The notes beneath the pieces were generated by a model. The model saw only the letters and a program-made list of their open reading frames with translations, had not been told where the DNA came from and did no database searches. Of a stretch of DNA of 64,000 nucleotides, positions 20,020-30,257 are shown one piece after another. Numbering within the stretch: position 1 is the stretch's first letter; every line of letters starts with the position of its first letter. The translations under genes and the position numbers were made by a program. The stretch spans positions 31,850 to 95,849 of the forward strand of contig DASXQR010000059.1 of assembly GCA_036507075.1 (NCBI GenBank), in the 5' to 3' direction. The DNA comes from Acidobacteriota bacterium. Its GTDB lineage: Bacteria; Acidobacteriota; UBA6911; JACQSX01.

Positions 20020-21237
20020 TTAACGTTCCGCAACCACGAACGTAATCTCGACCCGCGCCGTTCCCACCAACCTGGAAACGGCAACGCAGGTGCGGGCCGG
20101 CGGATCTGATTTGAAGTAGCTGCGATAGACGGCATTCATCCTGGCGTAGTCGTCGATGTCGGTCAGATAAACTTTCGCTTCGGTGACATCCCCGTAGTCT
20201 TTGCCGGTACCCTTCAAAACGGCCCCCAATCCATCCATGACTTCTTTCACTTGAGCTTCCAGATCTTCAACGGAACCGGCCTTACCGGCGGGATAGACGC
20301 GACCCGCTGTCTCAACGGCCTGGCTGAAGTTCGGGCTTGGTTTTATTCCTTCCGGCGGAGGAATCACCTTCTTTTGCGCGCGGCTGGCAATGACCGTGAT
20401 TTCCACGGGAGTGCCGCGCGGAAGCGCGGAAACGCCGACAGTGGTCCGCGCCGGAGGATCGGTCTTGAAAAAGCTGCGGTAGACATCATTCATCTTTTGA
20501 AAGTCGTCCATGTTCGAGAGGTAGACGTTCGACGAGACGACCTGAGAGAAGTCCATACCGGCGGCCTTCAGAATAGTCGATACGTTTTCCAAGGTCTGCC
20601 GCACGTGATCCTCAATCGCGCCTTCCGGGGCAACTCCCGTCTTCAAGCTGCGGCTCCCCTGTCCGGACAAATACAGCAGATCACCCGACATCATCGCGGG
20701 GCTGTAGGGAGCATTGGGGCTCGGCTTGTATCCTTCGTACCGAATTATTTTCTTCGGAGCCGTCGACGCGATAAATGTGATTTCCACCTGGGATCCCCCG
20801 GGCAACGCGGGAACGGCCACCGTGGTTCGCGCTGGGGGCTCGCCGGCAAAATAGGTCCGATAAACCTCGTTCATGCGATCAAAGTTGTTGATATCAGTGA
20901 GATACACGTTGGAGCACACCACGTTGGAAAAGTCCATACCGCCTGCCCGGAGCACGGCTCCCAGATTCTCCAGAGACTGCTTGACCTGCGCTTCAAAGCC
21001 CTCCGGGTGCCGGCCGGTTGCGGGATCGCGACTTCCCTGCCCTGCCAGATAAAGTGTGTTCCCCACAAGAATCCCCGGGCTCAAGATAGGCGGAGCTGCG
21101 GGAGTCGCGGCGGCGGCCGGCGCTACCGGACCTGAATCGGCTCGTTGCGGGCGAACCACCTTCCTTCCGGAAGATTGAGCTTTGCTGAGCGTCAGGAGCA
21201 GCACCAGGATGCCGAGAAGTGTGATGGTCGCTTTCAT
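20020..21237 (-). CDS. Secreted protein with three tandem RidA (YjgF/UK114) domains
   Basis: Sec-type signal peptide, then three repeats of VYLxx...MNxVYRxYF...PPART(T/C)V...VEIT. Confidence 0.9.
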   Translation of the reverse strand: MKATITLLGILVLLLTLSKAQSSGRKVVRPQRADSGPVAPAAAATPAAPPILSPGILVGNTLYLAGQGSRDPATGRHPEGFEAQVKQSLENLGAVLRAGGMDFSNVVCSNVYLTDINNFDRMNEVYRTYFAGEPPARTTVAVPALPGGSQVEITFIASTAPKKIIRYEGYKPSPNAPYSPAMMSGDLLYLSGQGSRSLKTGVAPEGAIEDHVRQTLENVSTILKAAGMDFSQVVSSNVYLSNMDDFQKMNDVYRSFFKTDPPARTTVGVSALPRGTPVEITVIASRAQKKVIPPPEGIKPSPNFSQAVETAGRVYPAGKAGSVEDLEAQVKEVMDGLGAVLKGTGKDYGDVTEAKVYLTDIDDYARMNAVYRSYFKSDPPARTCVAVSRLVGTARVEITFVVAER

Positions 21238-21339
21238 TGGTCCTCCCACAGTTCGCATGTGGAGTCTCAACCACAAAGACACGAAGGACACAAAGGTACC
21301 ACGTGAAGCCGGCCGAGGCCAGTCGTCTGGCGGGATCAG

Positions 21340-22746
21340 TTATTTCGTGGTCTTTGCTTTATGGTGAGATTCTTTCGGCAAAGAGACGACAGGGACTTCA
21401 GCAGCCTGAAACAGGTCGGGGTATCGATCGCGGGCACACGACGGACAGAGGCCGTGCGTGAATTCGGCATCGGAGTGCTTTTCAATGTAAGCCTCCAACT
21501 GTTCCCAGTAACCTTGGTCATCGCGAACTTTGCGGCAGGTAGCGCAAATCGGCAGCAGCCCCTTCAGCGCCTTTACGTTCATAACGGCTTCCTGCAGCTC
21601 ATGAACCATCTTCTCGCGTTCCTCTGCCTGCTTTTTCATGGACGTGATGTCACGGGCCGTGGCGTAAATCACTTCTTCGGCAAAATAGGCGATCGCGTTC
21701 CACAGGAACCAGCGATAAGTCCCATCTTTATGGCAGAGGCGGTTTTCGAAGGACATGGAAGCCGCTCCAATGCGCAGCTTCTGAAATTCGGCGCTGGTGG
21801 CATCCCGATCATCATGATGCACTAAGTCGATGAACGAGCGTGTCATCAGTTCTTTGACAGTGTAGCCGAGCTTCCTGGACCAGGCCGGACTTACAAGCTT
21901 TATGAAGCCGTCAAAATTGATAATGCAGAGGATATCCAGCGACAATGTAAAGAAACGATCGCGCTCGTCGGCCACGCGCTTTTGCTGCGTGATGTTGCGG
22001 TCGATGGTAGACGCGCCCGTGATATTGCCGGCTGAATCCTTTATGGGAGAGACGGTGAGAGCCACGTGAATGCGCCGCCCGTTCTTCTTGACGCGCTCGG
22101 TTTCGTAATGTTCCACTCGCTCACCCTGCTTGATTCTCCCAAGAATTTCCGTGAAATCATGCCGGTCGGGCGGCACCAGTATGGATAAGGAACGCCCTTT
22201 CATTTCATCCCCCAGGTACCCGTAGATCCGCTCCGCACCGGGGTTCCAGGAGACAACCGTGCCATCGAGCATAAGGCCGATAATGGCGTCGTCGGACGAC
22301 TCGACAATGGCCGCCAGACGGTTGCGCGCCTCCTCCAACTCCTTGCGCTTTGTCACATCCCGGATGGCGGCAATCCTGGCGGGTCTTCCACTGTAGATCG
22401 CCTGTTTCACGCACAGGTCCAGTGTTATCGGAGACCCGTCCTTTTTCACACCCACGAATTCACAGGGGACAGCAAAGGCTTCTTCCAACTGCAGGTTCAC
22501 CGCGGCGTGGTAATCGGGATGAATAAAATAGGTGAGAGACTTCTGGAACATCTCCTCCACGCTGTGACCGAACATCTCGGCGCAAGTCTGATTGACCGAC
22601 TGGATAACGCCTTCCTGATAGATCATGAATCCGTGAAACGCATTGTCGACGGCGGACCGGTAGCGCTCCTCGCTCTCTTCAAGCGCCAGGCATACATTGC
22701 GCAGTTCACCCAGCATTCCCCGGATCAGTTGTGGGTCTGTTTCCAT
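21340..22746 (-). CDS. Triple-PAS protein with C-terminal Cys-rich module and no kinase domain
   Basis: Three PAS/PAC repeats, then LKGLLPICATCRKVRDDQGYWEQLEAYI...FTHGLCPSC. Confidence 0.88.
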   Translation of the reverse strand: METDPQLIRGMLGELRNVCLALEESEERYRSAVDNAFHGFMIYQEGVIQSVNQTCAEMFGHSVEEMFQKSLTYFIHPDYHAAVNLQLEEAFAVPCEFVGVKKDGSPITLDLCVKQAIYSGRPARIAAIRDVTKRKELEEARNRLAAIVESSDDAIIGLMLDGTVVSWNPGAERIYGYLGDEMKGRSLSILVPPDRHDFTEILGRIKQGERVEHYETERVKKNGRRIHVALTVSPIKDSAGNITGASTIDRNITQQKRVADERDRFFTLSLDILCIINFDGFIKLVSPAWSRKLGYTVKELMTRSFIDLVHHDDRDATSAEFQKLRIGAASMSFENRLCHKDGTYRWFLWNAIAYFAEEVIYATARDITSMKKQAEEREKMVHELQEAVMNVKALKGLLPICATCRKVRDDQGYWEQLEAYIEKHSDAEFTHGLCPSCARDRYPDLFQAAEVPVVSLPKESHHKAKTTK

Positions 22747-22932
22747 TTTTGTTTCAACTCCCCGCTGCTACTTACATTCCAGGAATTCGAATAAGAATTT
22801 GGGGACCACAAAGACACAAAGTCAGGACTAGCTAACAATCGATTCTTGATCATTTTCCACTTTGGTAGAATCGACGCGGCCTGTATCCCCGAAACATTCT
22901 ATATTTCGTGTTTTGTGATCTGACGCCAGCCT

Positions 22933-24546
22933 ATGCTTAGTTACGCGCGTGGTCCTGAGACGCCCCTTCTGGAAATGTCCATCCACGAATGTCTGTCGGT
23001 CACGGCCGAAAAATTCCCGGACCATGAGGCGTTGGTAGTTTCGCACGAGAACAGGCGACTGACCTGGCGGGAGCTGCACGCCGAAGTGGAGCGTACGGCA
23101 CGCGGCCTTGCAGGGTTGCGCCTGAAGCCGGGAGACCGGGTGGGAATCTGGGCCACCAATTGCGCGCCCTGGGTCTTCCTGCAACTGGCCTGCGCCCGGG
23201 CAGGCGTTGTGCTGGTCAACGTGAATCCGGCATACCGCTCTCACGAGCTCGGTTTTGTGCTTAAAAAGTCCGGCATGCAGGCCCTCTTCTTGCGCCGGCG
23301 AGACGAGCGCTCCGACTATTTCCCCATCCTTGAGCAGTCACTGCTGGAAACAAACGCCCCCCTGCAGCATGTCGTATTTCTGGAAGAAGAGTCCTGGGAA
23401 CAGATGCTGGCAGCAGGAAGCGATATCGCGCCGGCCTCGCGATCGGCTGAAGACGTTGCCAACATTCAATACACGTCAGGGACGACGGGGTCTCCCAAGG
23501 GGGTTCTGCTGACGCACCGCAATATCCTTAACAATGCCTGGCTTCTGGGCAGAAACCTCAAAATTAACGAGCGGGACCGCGTTTGTGTTCCCGTGCCGCT
23601 TTACCACTGCTTCGGCTGCGTTATCGGCACGCTGGTCTGTCTGGTCAGCGGCGCCGCGTTAATACTACCCTCGGCCTGCTTTGACCCGCTGGCGACCCTG
23701 CGGGCCGTGGAAGCGGAGAAAGCCACCGCGCTTTATGGTGTGCCAACCATGTTCATCTCGGAAATGGAACATCCCGAGTTTTCGCGGTTCAATTTGAAAT
23801 CTCTCCGCACTGGAATCATGGCCGGCTCGCCGTGCCCGGTGGAAGTGATGAAACGCGTCTGCGATCAGATGCACTGCCGTGAAATAACAATCGCCTACGG
23901 GCAGACCGAAAGTTCTCCGGGAATCACCATGTCCCGAGTGGACGACAGCCTTGAATTGCGAGTTGCGACTGTCGGGTGCGCACTGCCTGACACTGAAGTC
24001 AAAATTGTTTCTCCCACCGGCAAAACAGTGCCCGCAGGCGAGCAGGGAGAGCTGTGCACCCGCGGATACCTGGTGATGAAGGGCTACGATGGCGAGCCGG
24101 AGGCCACGCGCAGCGCGATTGATGGGGAAGGCTGGCTGCACACGGGAGATCTGGCGATCATGCTGTCAAATGGATATTTTCGAATTACCGGCAGGGCAAA
24201 GGACATGATTATTCGCGGTGGTGAGAATATTTACCCGCGCGAGATCGAGGAGTTTTTGTATACCAACCCCAAAGTCGCCGATGCTTACGTGATCGGGCTC
24301 CCGGATGCAAAACTGGGAGAGGTGGTGCTCGCCTGGATCCGGCTGACAGCGGGCGCAAAGGCGACCGAGAAAGAGATTCAGGAATTTTGCCGCGGCAAAA
24401 TTGCGCACTTCAAAATTCCACAGCACGTGCGATTCGTCGATTCATTCCCCATGACTGTCACGGGCAAGGTGCAAAAGTACCGCATTCGCGAGCAGGAAAT
24501 CCGGGAGCGCGCGCTGGAGCACACGGCCCGGATAGAGACGGCCTGA
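22933..24546 (+). CDS. AMP-binding acyl-CoA synthetase
   Basis: YTSGTTGSPKG, YGQTE, WLHTGD, GRAKDMIIRGGENIYPREIE, TGKVQK. Confidence 0.93.
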   Translation: MLSYARGPETPLLEMSIHECLSVTAEKFPDHEALVVSHENRRLTWRELHAEVERTARGLAGLRLKPGDRVGIWATNCAPWVFLQLACARAGVVLVNVNPAYRSHELGFVLKKSGMQALFLRRRDERSDYFPILEQSLLETNAPLQHVVFLEEESWEQMLAAGSDIAPASRSAEDVANIQYTSGTTGSPKGVLLTHRNILNNAWLLGRNLKINERDRVCVPVPLYHCFGCVIGTLVCLVSGAALILPSACFDPLATLRAVEAEKATALYGVPTMFISEMEHPEFSRFNLKSLRTGIMAGSPCPVEVMKRVCDQMHCREITIAYGQTESSPGITMSRVDDSLELRVATVGCALPDTEVKIVSPTGKTVPAGEQGELCTRGYLVMKGYDGEPEATRSAIDGEGWLHTGDLAIMLSNGYFRITGRAKDMIIRGGENIYPREIEEFLYTNPKVADAYVIGLPDAKLGEVVLAWIRLTAGAKATEKEIQEFCRGKIAHFKIPQHVRFVDSFPMTVTGKVQKYRIREQEIRERALEHTARIETA

Positions 24547-24755
24547 TCCGGTTTGCGGATCTGTGAAAGAATCCACCGCGAAGGCGCGAAACAAAAATCG
24601 CTCTACTTCTCCTCAGCGGTCCAGAACCGCAGATATTTCAGTACGGCGTTTCGTTTTGGCAGCCAGGTAATCTCTCTCATTTCGTGCTTTCGCGCTTTCA
24701 CGGTTCCGGCTTTTTTACAACGACCGGGGTCGGCGTACAGTAAACTGGATGGCCG

Positions 24756-26681
24756 ATGAGGATTCCTCGACCACGCCCGGTAGTGCTGCGTTACGCGATC
24801 GCCGCGGGGGCCATCGGCGTGGCGCTGCTGTTTCGGGAAGCGCCTTTTCTGGCGCTGCTCAGCGCGGTAATGGCCGCGGCGTGGTTTGGCGGGGCCGGTC
24901 CCGGCTTGGCCGCATCCGTGCTGGCAGCCATCGCAACATACCTGCTCTATCCTCCGCCACTGGCCGATGTTTCCCCGCTTGCGCACGGATTGAGAGTAGG
25001 CGTGCTCCTTGTCGAAGGACTGCTGATCAGCATGCTCATTCCAGCGCTCCGCACCGCGCGCAGGATCGCCGAAACAAGCCGAAAGGAGGCGCTCCGACAC
25101 CGGGAAACGCTGCGTCAAAGTGAGCAGCGTTATCTGACTGTGGCAGAAACGGCATCCGACGCATTTGTCACATTTGATGCTCAAGGTACAATCCTGTTGG
25201 TGAACCGGGCTGCGGAGAAGATCTTCGGTTATTCAGTGCAGCAGATGACGGGCCAAAACATTTCGCTGCTCATACCCGGTTTCACGCCGCAGCGGCTCGC
25301 ACCTGCTGCGCAAGAAGCTGCTCGCCAGGAACAAAAACCGTCTGAATGGGCCGGCAGGCATCGGACCGGTGACTCGATACCAGTCGAGATATCGTTTGCC
25401 GAGCACGGCACCAGGACATCTCAAACGTTTACCGGGATCATGCGCGATGTCACCGACCGAAAACGGGCTGAAGAAGAGCGCGCGCACCTTTTGATCCGGG
25501 AAAAGCAGGCCCGACAGCAGGCGGAAGCTGCAAATCGCGGCAAGGATCAGTTCCTGGCGGTTCTTTCGCACGAGCTGCGAACGCCGCTGAATGCGATTCT
25601 CGGCTGGGCTCACATGCTGCGAAGCGGAAAGCTGGACCCAAAGTCCGCACTCCGCGGTTTTGACGCCATCGAGCGAAATGCCCGGGTACAGGCGGCGATC
25701 ATCAATGACATTCTCGACGTATCGCGTATCATTGCCGGAAAATTCAGCATCGAAAAAAATCCTGTGGATCTCCCGGCGGTAATTGAGGCAGCGGTAGACG
25801 CTATTCGGCCAGCCGCTGAATCTAAGCGCATCATAGTCGATTGTCGCCTGAACCGGACATCCACAGCCTTCGATGGCGACGCGCAGCGATTGCAGCAGGC
25901 TGTGTCCAATCTGCTGTCAAATGCGGTCAAATTTACGCCGGAAGGAGGACGCGTGACAGTCCTTCATGAGGTGCTGGATTCGGGCGTCCGGATTCGCGTA
26001 TCCGACACCGGAGCGGGAATTCCCGCCGGCTTTCTCCCGCACGTGTTCGACCGGTTCCGCCAGGGCAACATTTCTGTTGAAAACGCCAAGCACGGGCTCG
26101 GCCTTGGTCTTGCTATTGTCGAGCACGTGGTGAAACTCCACGGCGGCTCGGTGAAAGCCGAGAGTCGAGGCGAGGGCCAGGGGGCTTCTTTTACTGTCTC
26201 ACTGCCGCTGATCCGGGAAAGAACGGGTGAGAGACCCGTTGGATCCGCGCGGCAAGCAGAAGAAATTTCTTCGCCGGGGTCAAGCCAGCTTTCCGAAACA
26301 CTCCGTGGTATCCGCGTGTTGGTGGTGGATGATGAAGCGGATGCCCGTGAGCTGCTCAAGACCGTCCTGGAGATGAAGGGCGCCAGCGTGACGGCAGTCG
26401 ATTCGGCTCCCGAGGCGCTAAAGGAGCTGCAACGCTTCCAACCACACGTGCTGCTCAGCGACATCGCCATGCCGGGCGAGGATGGTTATTCGCTGATTCG
26501 CAAGATCAGGGGACTTGTTCCTGAAAAAATCTCCGGCATTCCCGCCGCCGCGGTGACGGCATACGCACGCGACGAAGACCGGCGAAAGTCCTTTAGTGCC
26601 GGTTTTCAGATTCATCTTGCCAAACCAGTGGATCCAGCCGAGATCGTCAGCACGGTGGCGCATCTGGCCGGCAGGCAGTAG
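24756..26681 (+). CDS. Membrane hybrid histidine kinase (DUF4118-like TM, PAS, HisKA, HATPase, receiver)
   Basis: N-terminal TM helices, SHELRTPL, NLLSNAVKFT, DTGAG, GLGLGL and a receiver domain. Confidence 0.93.
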   Translation: MRIPRPRPVVLRYAIAAGAIGVALLFREAPFLALLSAVMAAAWFGGAGPGLAASVLAAIATYLLYPPPLADVSPLAHGLRVGVLLVEGLLISMLIPALRTARRIAETSRKEALRHRETLRQSEQRYLTVAETASDAFVTFDAQGTILLVNRAAEKIFGYSVQQMTGQNISLLIPGFTPQRLAPAAQEAARQEQKPSEWAGRHRTGDSIPVEISFAEHGTRTSQTFTGIMRDVTDRKRAEEERAHLLIREKQARQQAEAANRGKDQFLAVLSHELRTPLNAILGWAHMLRSGKLDPKSALRGFDAIERNARVQAAIINDILDVSRIIAGKFSIEKNPVDLPAVIEAAVDAIRPAAESKRIIVDCRLNRTSTAFDGDAQRLQQAVSNLLSNAVKFTPEGGRVTVLHEVLDSGVRIRVSDTGAGIPAGFLPHVFDRFRQGNISVENAKHGLGLGLAIVEHVVKLHGGSVKAESRGEGQGASFTVSLPLIRERTGERPVGSARQAEEISSPGSSQLSETLRGIRVLVVDDEADARELLKTVLEMKGASVTAVDSAPEALKELQRFQPHVLLSDIAMPGEDGYSLIRKIRGLVPEKISGIPAAAVTAYARDEDRRKSFSAGFQIHLAKPVDPAEIVSTVAHLAGRQ

Positions 26682-26965
26682 GCAGCAGGCAGCAGGCAGT
26701 AGGCAGCAGGCAGCAGGCAGCAGGCTGCACACTAACCGAACCGCGCGCGTAAGCAAGCGGACCCGCGCATCTAGCGACTTCACAAAAATAAACGTTAGTA
26801 ATCTCTCTGATTTCCCTGGCCCATTCTCCTCAGCCGCAAAACCAGAAGGGTTACCTGGGATGGTCCGCTTGCTTACGCGCGCGGTTCTGTTAGTGTGCAG
26901 CCTCCTGCCTGCTGCCTCCTGCCTGCTGCCTCCTGCCTACTGCCTCCTGCCTACTGCCTACTGCT
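26670..26965. repeat. Inverted (GGCAGCA/GGCAGTA)n arrays flanking a REP-like pair
   Basis: Directly visible between the convergent kinase and sppA genes. Confidence 0.8.
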
Positions 26966-26980
26966 TTCCGCTTTCCGGTC

Positions 26981-28717
26981 TCAGTCGATCCGAATATCGG
27001 GCGTGATCATCCACAAACGCGCGTCCTGAAGCGACTTGATCAGCGGAAGGTCCATCACGGAAGAAGGTTTGCTGCGCAATTGAGCCAGAGGGGAATCACC
27101 CGAAAACAGCAGCTCAAAGAGGCTCTTCTTTTTCGGATAGGTAACGAATCGGACTTTCTCGCCGGCGGGAATGTGGGCCAGTTGCTGTGCCTGCCGCAGC
27201 GCTTCATTGAAGCCGCCTATGGCGTCTATCAGCGAGCGGTCCTTCGCCTGCGTGCCCGACCATATGCGGCCGTGGGCGACCGGCTCGATAGTCTCAAACG
27301 GCTTCCTGCGGCCTTCGGCGGCTTTGGCGACAAAATCGTTATAGACGTGGCTCATCCACTCGCGGATTTGCTGCTCCTGTTCCGGGCTCAGGCTTTTGGT
27401 GAACGAAAAAATGTCGGCATTCTTTCCCGTCTTTACTTCATCAAATGTCACTCCCAGCCAATCGAAGAATCCACGAGTATCCATCTTGCCAAAGACGACA
27501 CCGATCGATCCGGTGATTGTCGAAGGTTCGGCCACAATGCGGTCGGCCGCCATCGAAATGTAATAACCGCCCGAACCCGCCACATCTCCCATACTCACCA
27601 CCACCGGTTTGCCCGCGGAGCGTGCTTCCCGCACTTCTCTCCAGATGACATCCGAACCGACAGCGGAGCCGCCGGGACTGTCAACCCTAAGGATAATGGC
27701 TTTGATTGACTTGTCCTTGCGCAGGGTTCGTATATAACCGGCGACCGTATCTCCTCCGATCACCTCGTCCCAGGGGTCGCTTTCTCCCGAAGTGATCACG
27801 CCGCTGGCGAAGACCAGGCCGACTCGGCTCTTTCCGGACTCATCTGTTCCCATCGCCTTGAGGTAACTCCGCACCGATATTGTGCGAAGTTCTTCGGAAT
27901 CGTCCTTCTTGTCGGACTTGCCCCCCTCCTTTTTCAACTGATTCTCAAGCTCATGCCAGTAACCGGTGTCGTCTATCAGTCCGCGCTGTTTAGCTTCAGC
28001 GGCTGTGCTGAGGCCGCTTTCCATGAACGCGCGGATCTCCTGCTCGGACTTATGCCGGGCGCTCGCCGCTGCGCGCACGAAATTGTTCTCGATGTCGCGC
28101 ACCACATATTCAAGAGACTCGCGGAACTGCGGGGACATTTCCCGGCGCATATAGGGTTCGGCCGCCGACTTGTATTCCTTAAACTGGATGAATTGCGGCT
28201 TGATATAAAGCTTATCCAGAGCCTTGCGGAAGAACGCCACCTCGGCATACATGCCGTTGAGCATCAATGCCGTATCCGGATTCAACAGGATGCGTGAGGC
28301 AGGCAGGGCGAGAAAGTAATCTTTTTCACCCAGTGTTTCCACCGCGACCGAAGCGTAGACCGGCTTTCCTGACTTGCGAAACGCCGCCAGCGCGTCGTGA
28401 ATTTCCTGAGCGCTTGCCCATCCGAGATTGTTCGGCCCGAGCTTCAGAATGATGCCGCGAATCCTTTTGTCCTGCGATGCCTGGTCGACGGCGCGGCGCA
28501 AATCGTAGACGTTCGGCCTCCCCTCGTTAAACAAATCCTGAATCGGGTTGCTCACCGGGCCGTCCGTGATTTCGCCCTGCAATTCCACAACCAGGACCGA
28601 ATTGGCTTTCACTTCGGGAGGCTTGGTAAAAGACCGAATCATCCAGAGCACGCCCAACAGAACTGTAATGATGACCACCAACACAATCCCCAGAATCACA
28701 GCAGTGCGCCGTTTCAT
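26981..28717 (-). CDS. sppA: Signal peptide peptidase SppA (protease IV)
   Basis: N-terminal TM, YKSAAE, LRVDSPGGS, SMGDVAGSGGYYIS, TITGSIGV, GRIWSG. Confidence 0.95.
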   Translation of the reverse strand: MKRRTAVILGIVLVVIITVLLGVLWMIRSFTKPPEVKANSVLVVELQGEITDGPVSNPIQDLFNEGRPNVYDLRRAVDQASQDKRIRGIILKLGPNNLGWASAQEIHDALAAFRKSGKPVYASVAVETLGEKDYFLALPASRILLNPDTALMLNGMYAEVAFFRKALDKLYIKPQFIQFKEYKSAAEPYMRREMSPQFRESLEYVVRDIENNFVRAAASARHKSEQEIRAFMESGLSTAAEAKQRGLIDDTGYWHELENQLKKEGGKSDKKDDSEELRTISVRSYLKAMGTDESGKSRVGLVFASGVITSGESDPWDEVIGGDTVAGYIRTLRKDKSIKAIILRVDSPGGSAVGSDVIWREVREARSAGKPVVVSMGDVAGSGGYYISMAADRIVAEPSTITGSIGVVFGKMDTRGFFDWLGVTFDEVKTGKNADIFSFTKSLSPEQEQQIREWMSHVYNDFVAKAAEGRRKPFETIEPVAHGRIWSGTQAKDRSLIDAIGGFNEALRQAQQLAHIPAGEKVRFVTYPKKKSLFELLFSGDSPLAQLRSKPSSVMDLPLIKSLQDARLWMITPDIRID

Positions 28718-28946
28718 ATTCCCCTCCTGTCCCCATTATTGCCTAACATGGGTTCCAATACGAGCATCAAGCAGCTTTAGTTTCAACAAAATAGAGTAAC
28801 GAACATGACCCGGCGGTCCGAGCCGACATTCCCGGGCAAGGGATGGGGTCGGTGGTCATTTTTACTTTTATGATTCTCTATGGTTGCGGGCGGCAGGAAC
28901 TTTGCTATCATCCACTTGACCATTCCAAAATAACCGGGGAGTTTCT

Positions 28947-29909
28947 ATGAGAATCGGGCGTGCATGGCAGGTCGCGGTCGTACTGCTGTTCAGCGTTATC
29001 AGCGTTCTTGCTCAGAAAGAGGAGAAGGTCAGTCCTCAACCGGAGTGGGTAATTTCCGTCGAGGATATGAAGATCAGGATCGAATCGATGCAGCTGATGT
29101 TTCTGGTGAGGGACGGAAACGGGAACCTGATTCAAAATCTCAAGGCCTCCGATTTCCAGCTCACCGAAAACGGGGAGGTAAAGCAAATCTCCGTGGTTCA
29201 GCAGAGGGATATCCCGCTGAATGCCTGCATTATGGTCGATACGAGCTGGAGCATAGGATGGCTGGTGGATAACGTCGTGAAAACGGCTTCGCAGTTTTTC
29301 CAGGGCCTGACCAAGGACAAGACCTCGGTGGTTTATTTTTCCGAGCGGCCCCGGGTGGTGCGCGATTGGAGCACTCAGATTGATGATGTGCCGTTCCGAA
29401 ATGTGAAGCTGGAAGGGCGCACCGCTCTGTATGACTCCCTGCTGTGGGTGATGAATCAGCATTTCAAGGACGTATACGGGAAGAAACTGGTCTTCCTGAT
29501 CACCGACGGAATCGACAATGCCAGCCGCGCCAGCATTCAGGAAGTTTTCAAAACGGCGCGTGAAAAGGGGATTGTGGTTTACGCCATCATGTATACCAAC
29601 CCCGTTATTCAGAATCTGCGACAGCGGCTGCTGGTGGGAAAGAGCATCCGGGGAATCAGCAAGCCTTTGGAGCGAATCATCACGCTGCAGAACGCCTTTA
29701 TTGAATCGACGCTGCGTCACGGAGGGCGAACAATTTTCTCCAACTCCTTTGCCGACATGGAGAATGTTTATCGCGGCGTAGTGGACGAAACAAAGAGCCA
29801 GTATGTTTTGACTTTCCCTATTCCCAAGCAGGAAGTCGACACGCGCGACATCCGCTTTGTGATCAAACCGGAAATTCCGGGCCGGATTCTGGTGCAGGTC
29901 GGGCATTAA
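28947..29909 (+). CDS. Secreted VWA domain protein (acidobacterial type)
   Basis: Signal peptide, VRDGNGNLIQNLKASDFQLTENG, MIDAS DTSWS, TALYD, ITDG. Confidence 0.85.
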   Translation: MRIGRAWQVAVVLLFSVISVLAQKEEKVSPQPEWVISVEDMKIRIESMQLMFLVRDGNGNLIQNLKASDFQLTENGEVKQISVVQQRDIPLNACIMVDTSWSIGWLVDNVVKTASQFFQGLTKDKTSVVYFSERPRVVRDWSTQIDDVPFRNVKLEGRTALYDSLLWVMNQHFKDVYGKKLVFLITDGIDNASRASIQEVFKTAREKGIVVYAIMYTNPVIQNLRQRLLVGKSIRGISKPLERIITLQNAFIESTLRHGGRTIFSNSFADMENVYRGVVDETKSQYVLTFPIPKQEVDTRDIRFVIKPEIPGRILVQVGH

Positions 29910-30188
29910 GAGAACTTTGATTCACCACAGAGGCACAGAGGACACAGGGAACTTTCTGTGACCTCTGTACTACTAACCCGGAGAATTTTCGCGGCCTGCG
30001 CAAATTATTCGGGGCGGAGAGACGGCCTGAGGGCCGTCTCAGCTTGGCAGGGCACCGCAGAGAGACGGCCCTCAGGCCGTCTCTCCTTGACTTTTGGTTG
30101 CGGCTTCGCCGCGCTAAGTCTCTGTGGTGAAAAAGTGGTTCGCCCCCAAGTTAAATTGCCCTCTTTAAACCCCATCCATTTTGGCTGA

Positions 30189-30257
30189 TTGACAGAGCCC
30201 CGCTTACGCGGTACGGTATGCCTGTCAGGTCATCCATTACAGCCAAATGGTCATCCA
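30189..30257 (+). promoter_or_regulatory. Sigma70-like promoter with overlapping candidate MocR/PdxR operator repeats
   Basis: TTGACA(30189)-N17-TACGGT(30212), TGTCAG at 30223, and GGTCATCCA direct repeats at 30228 and 30249. Confidence 0.55.
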
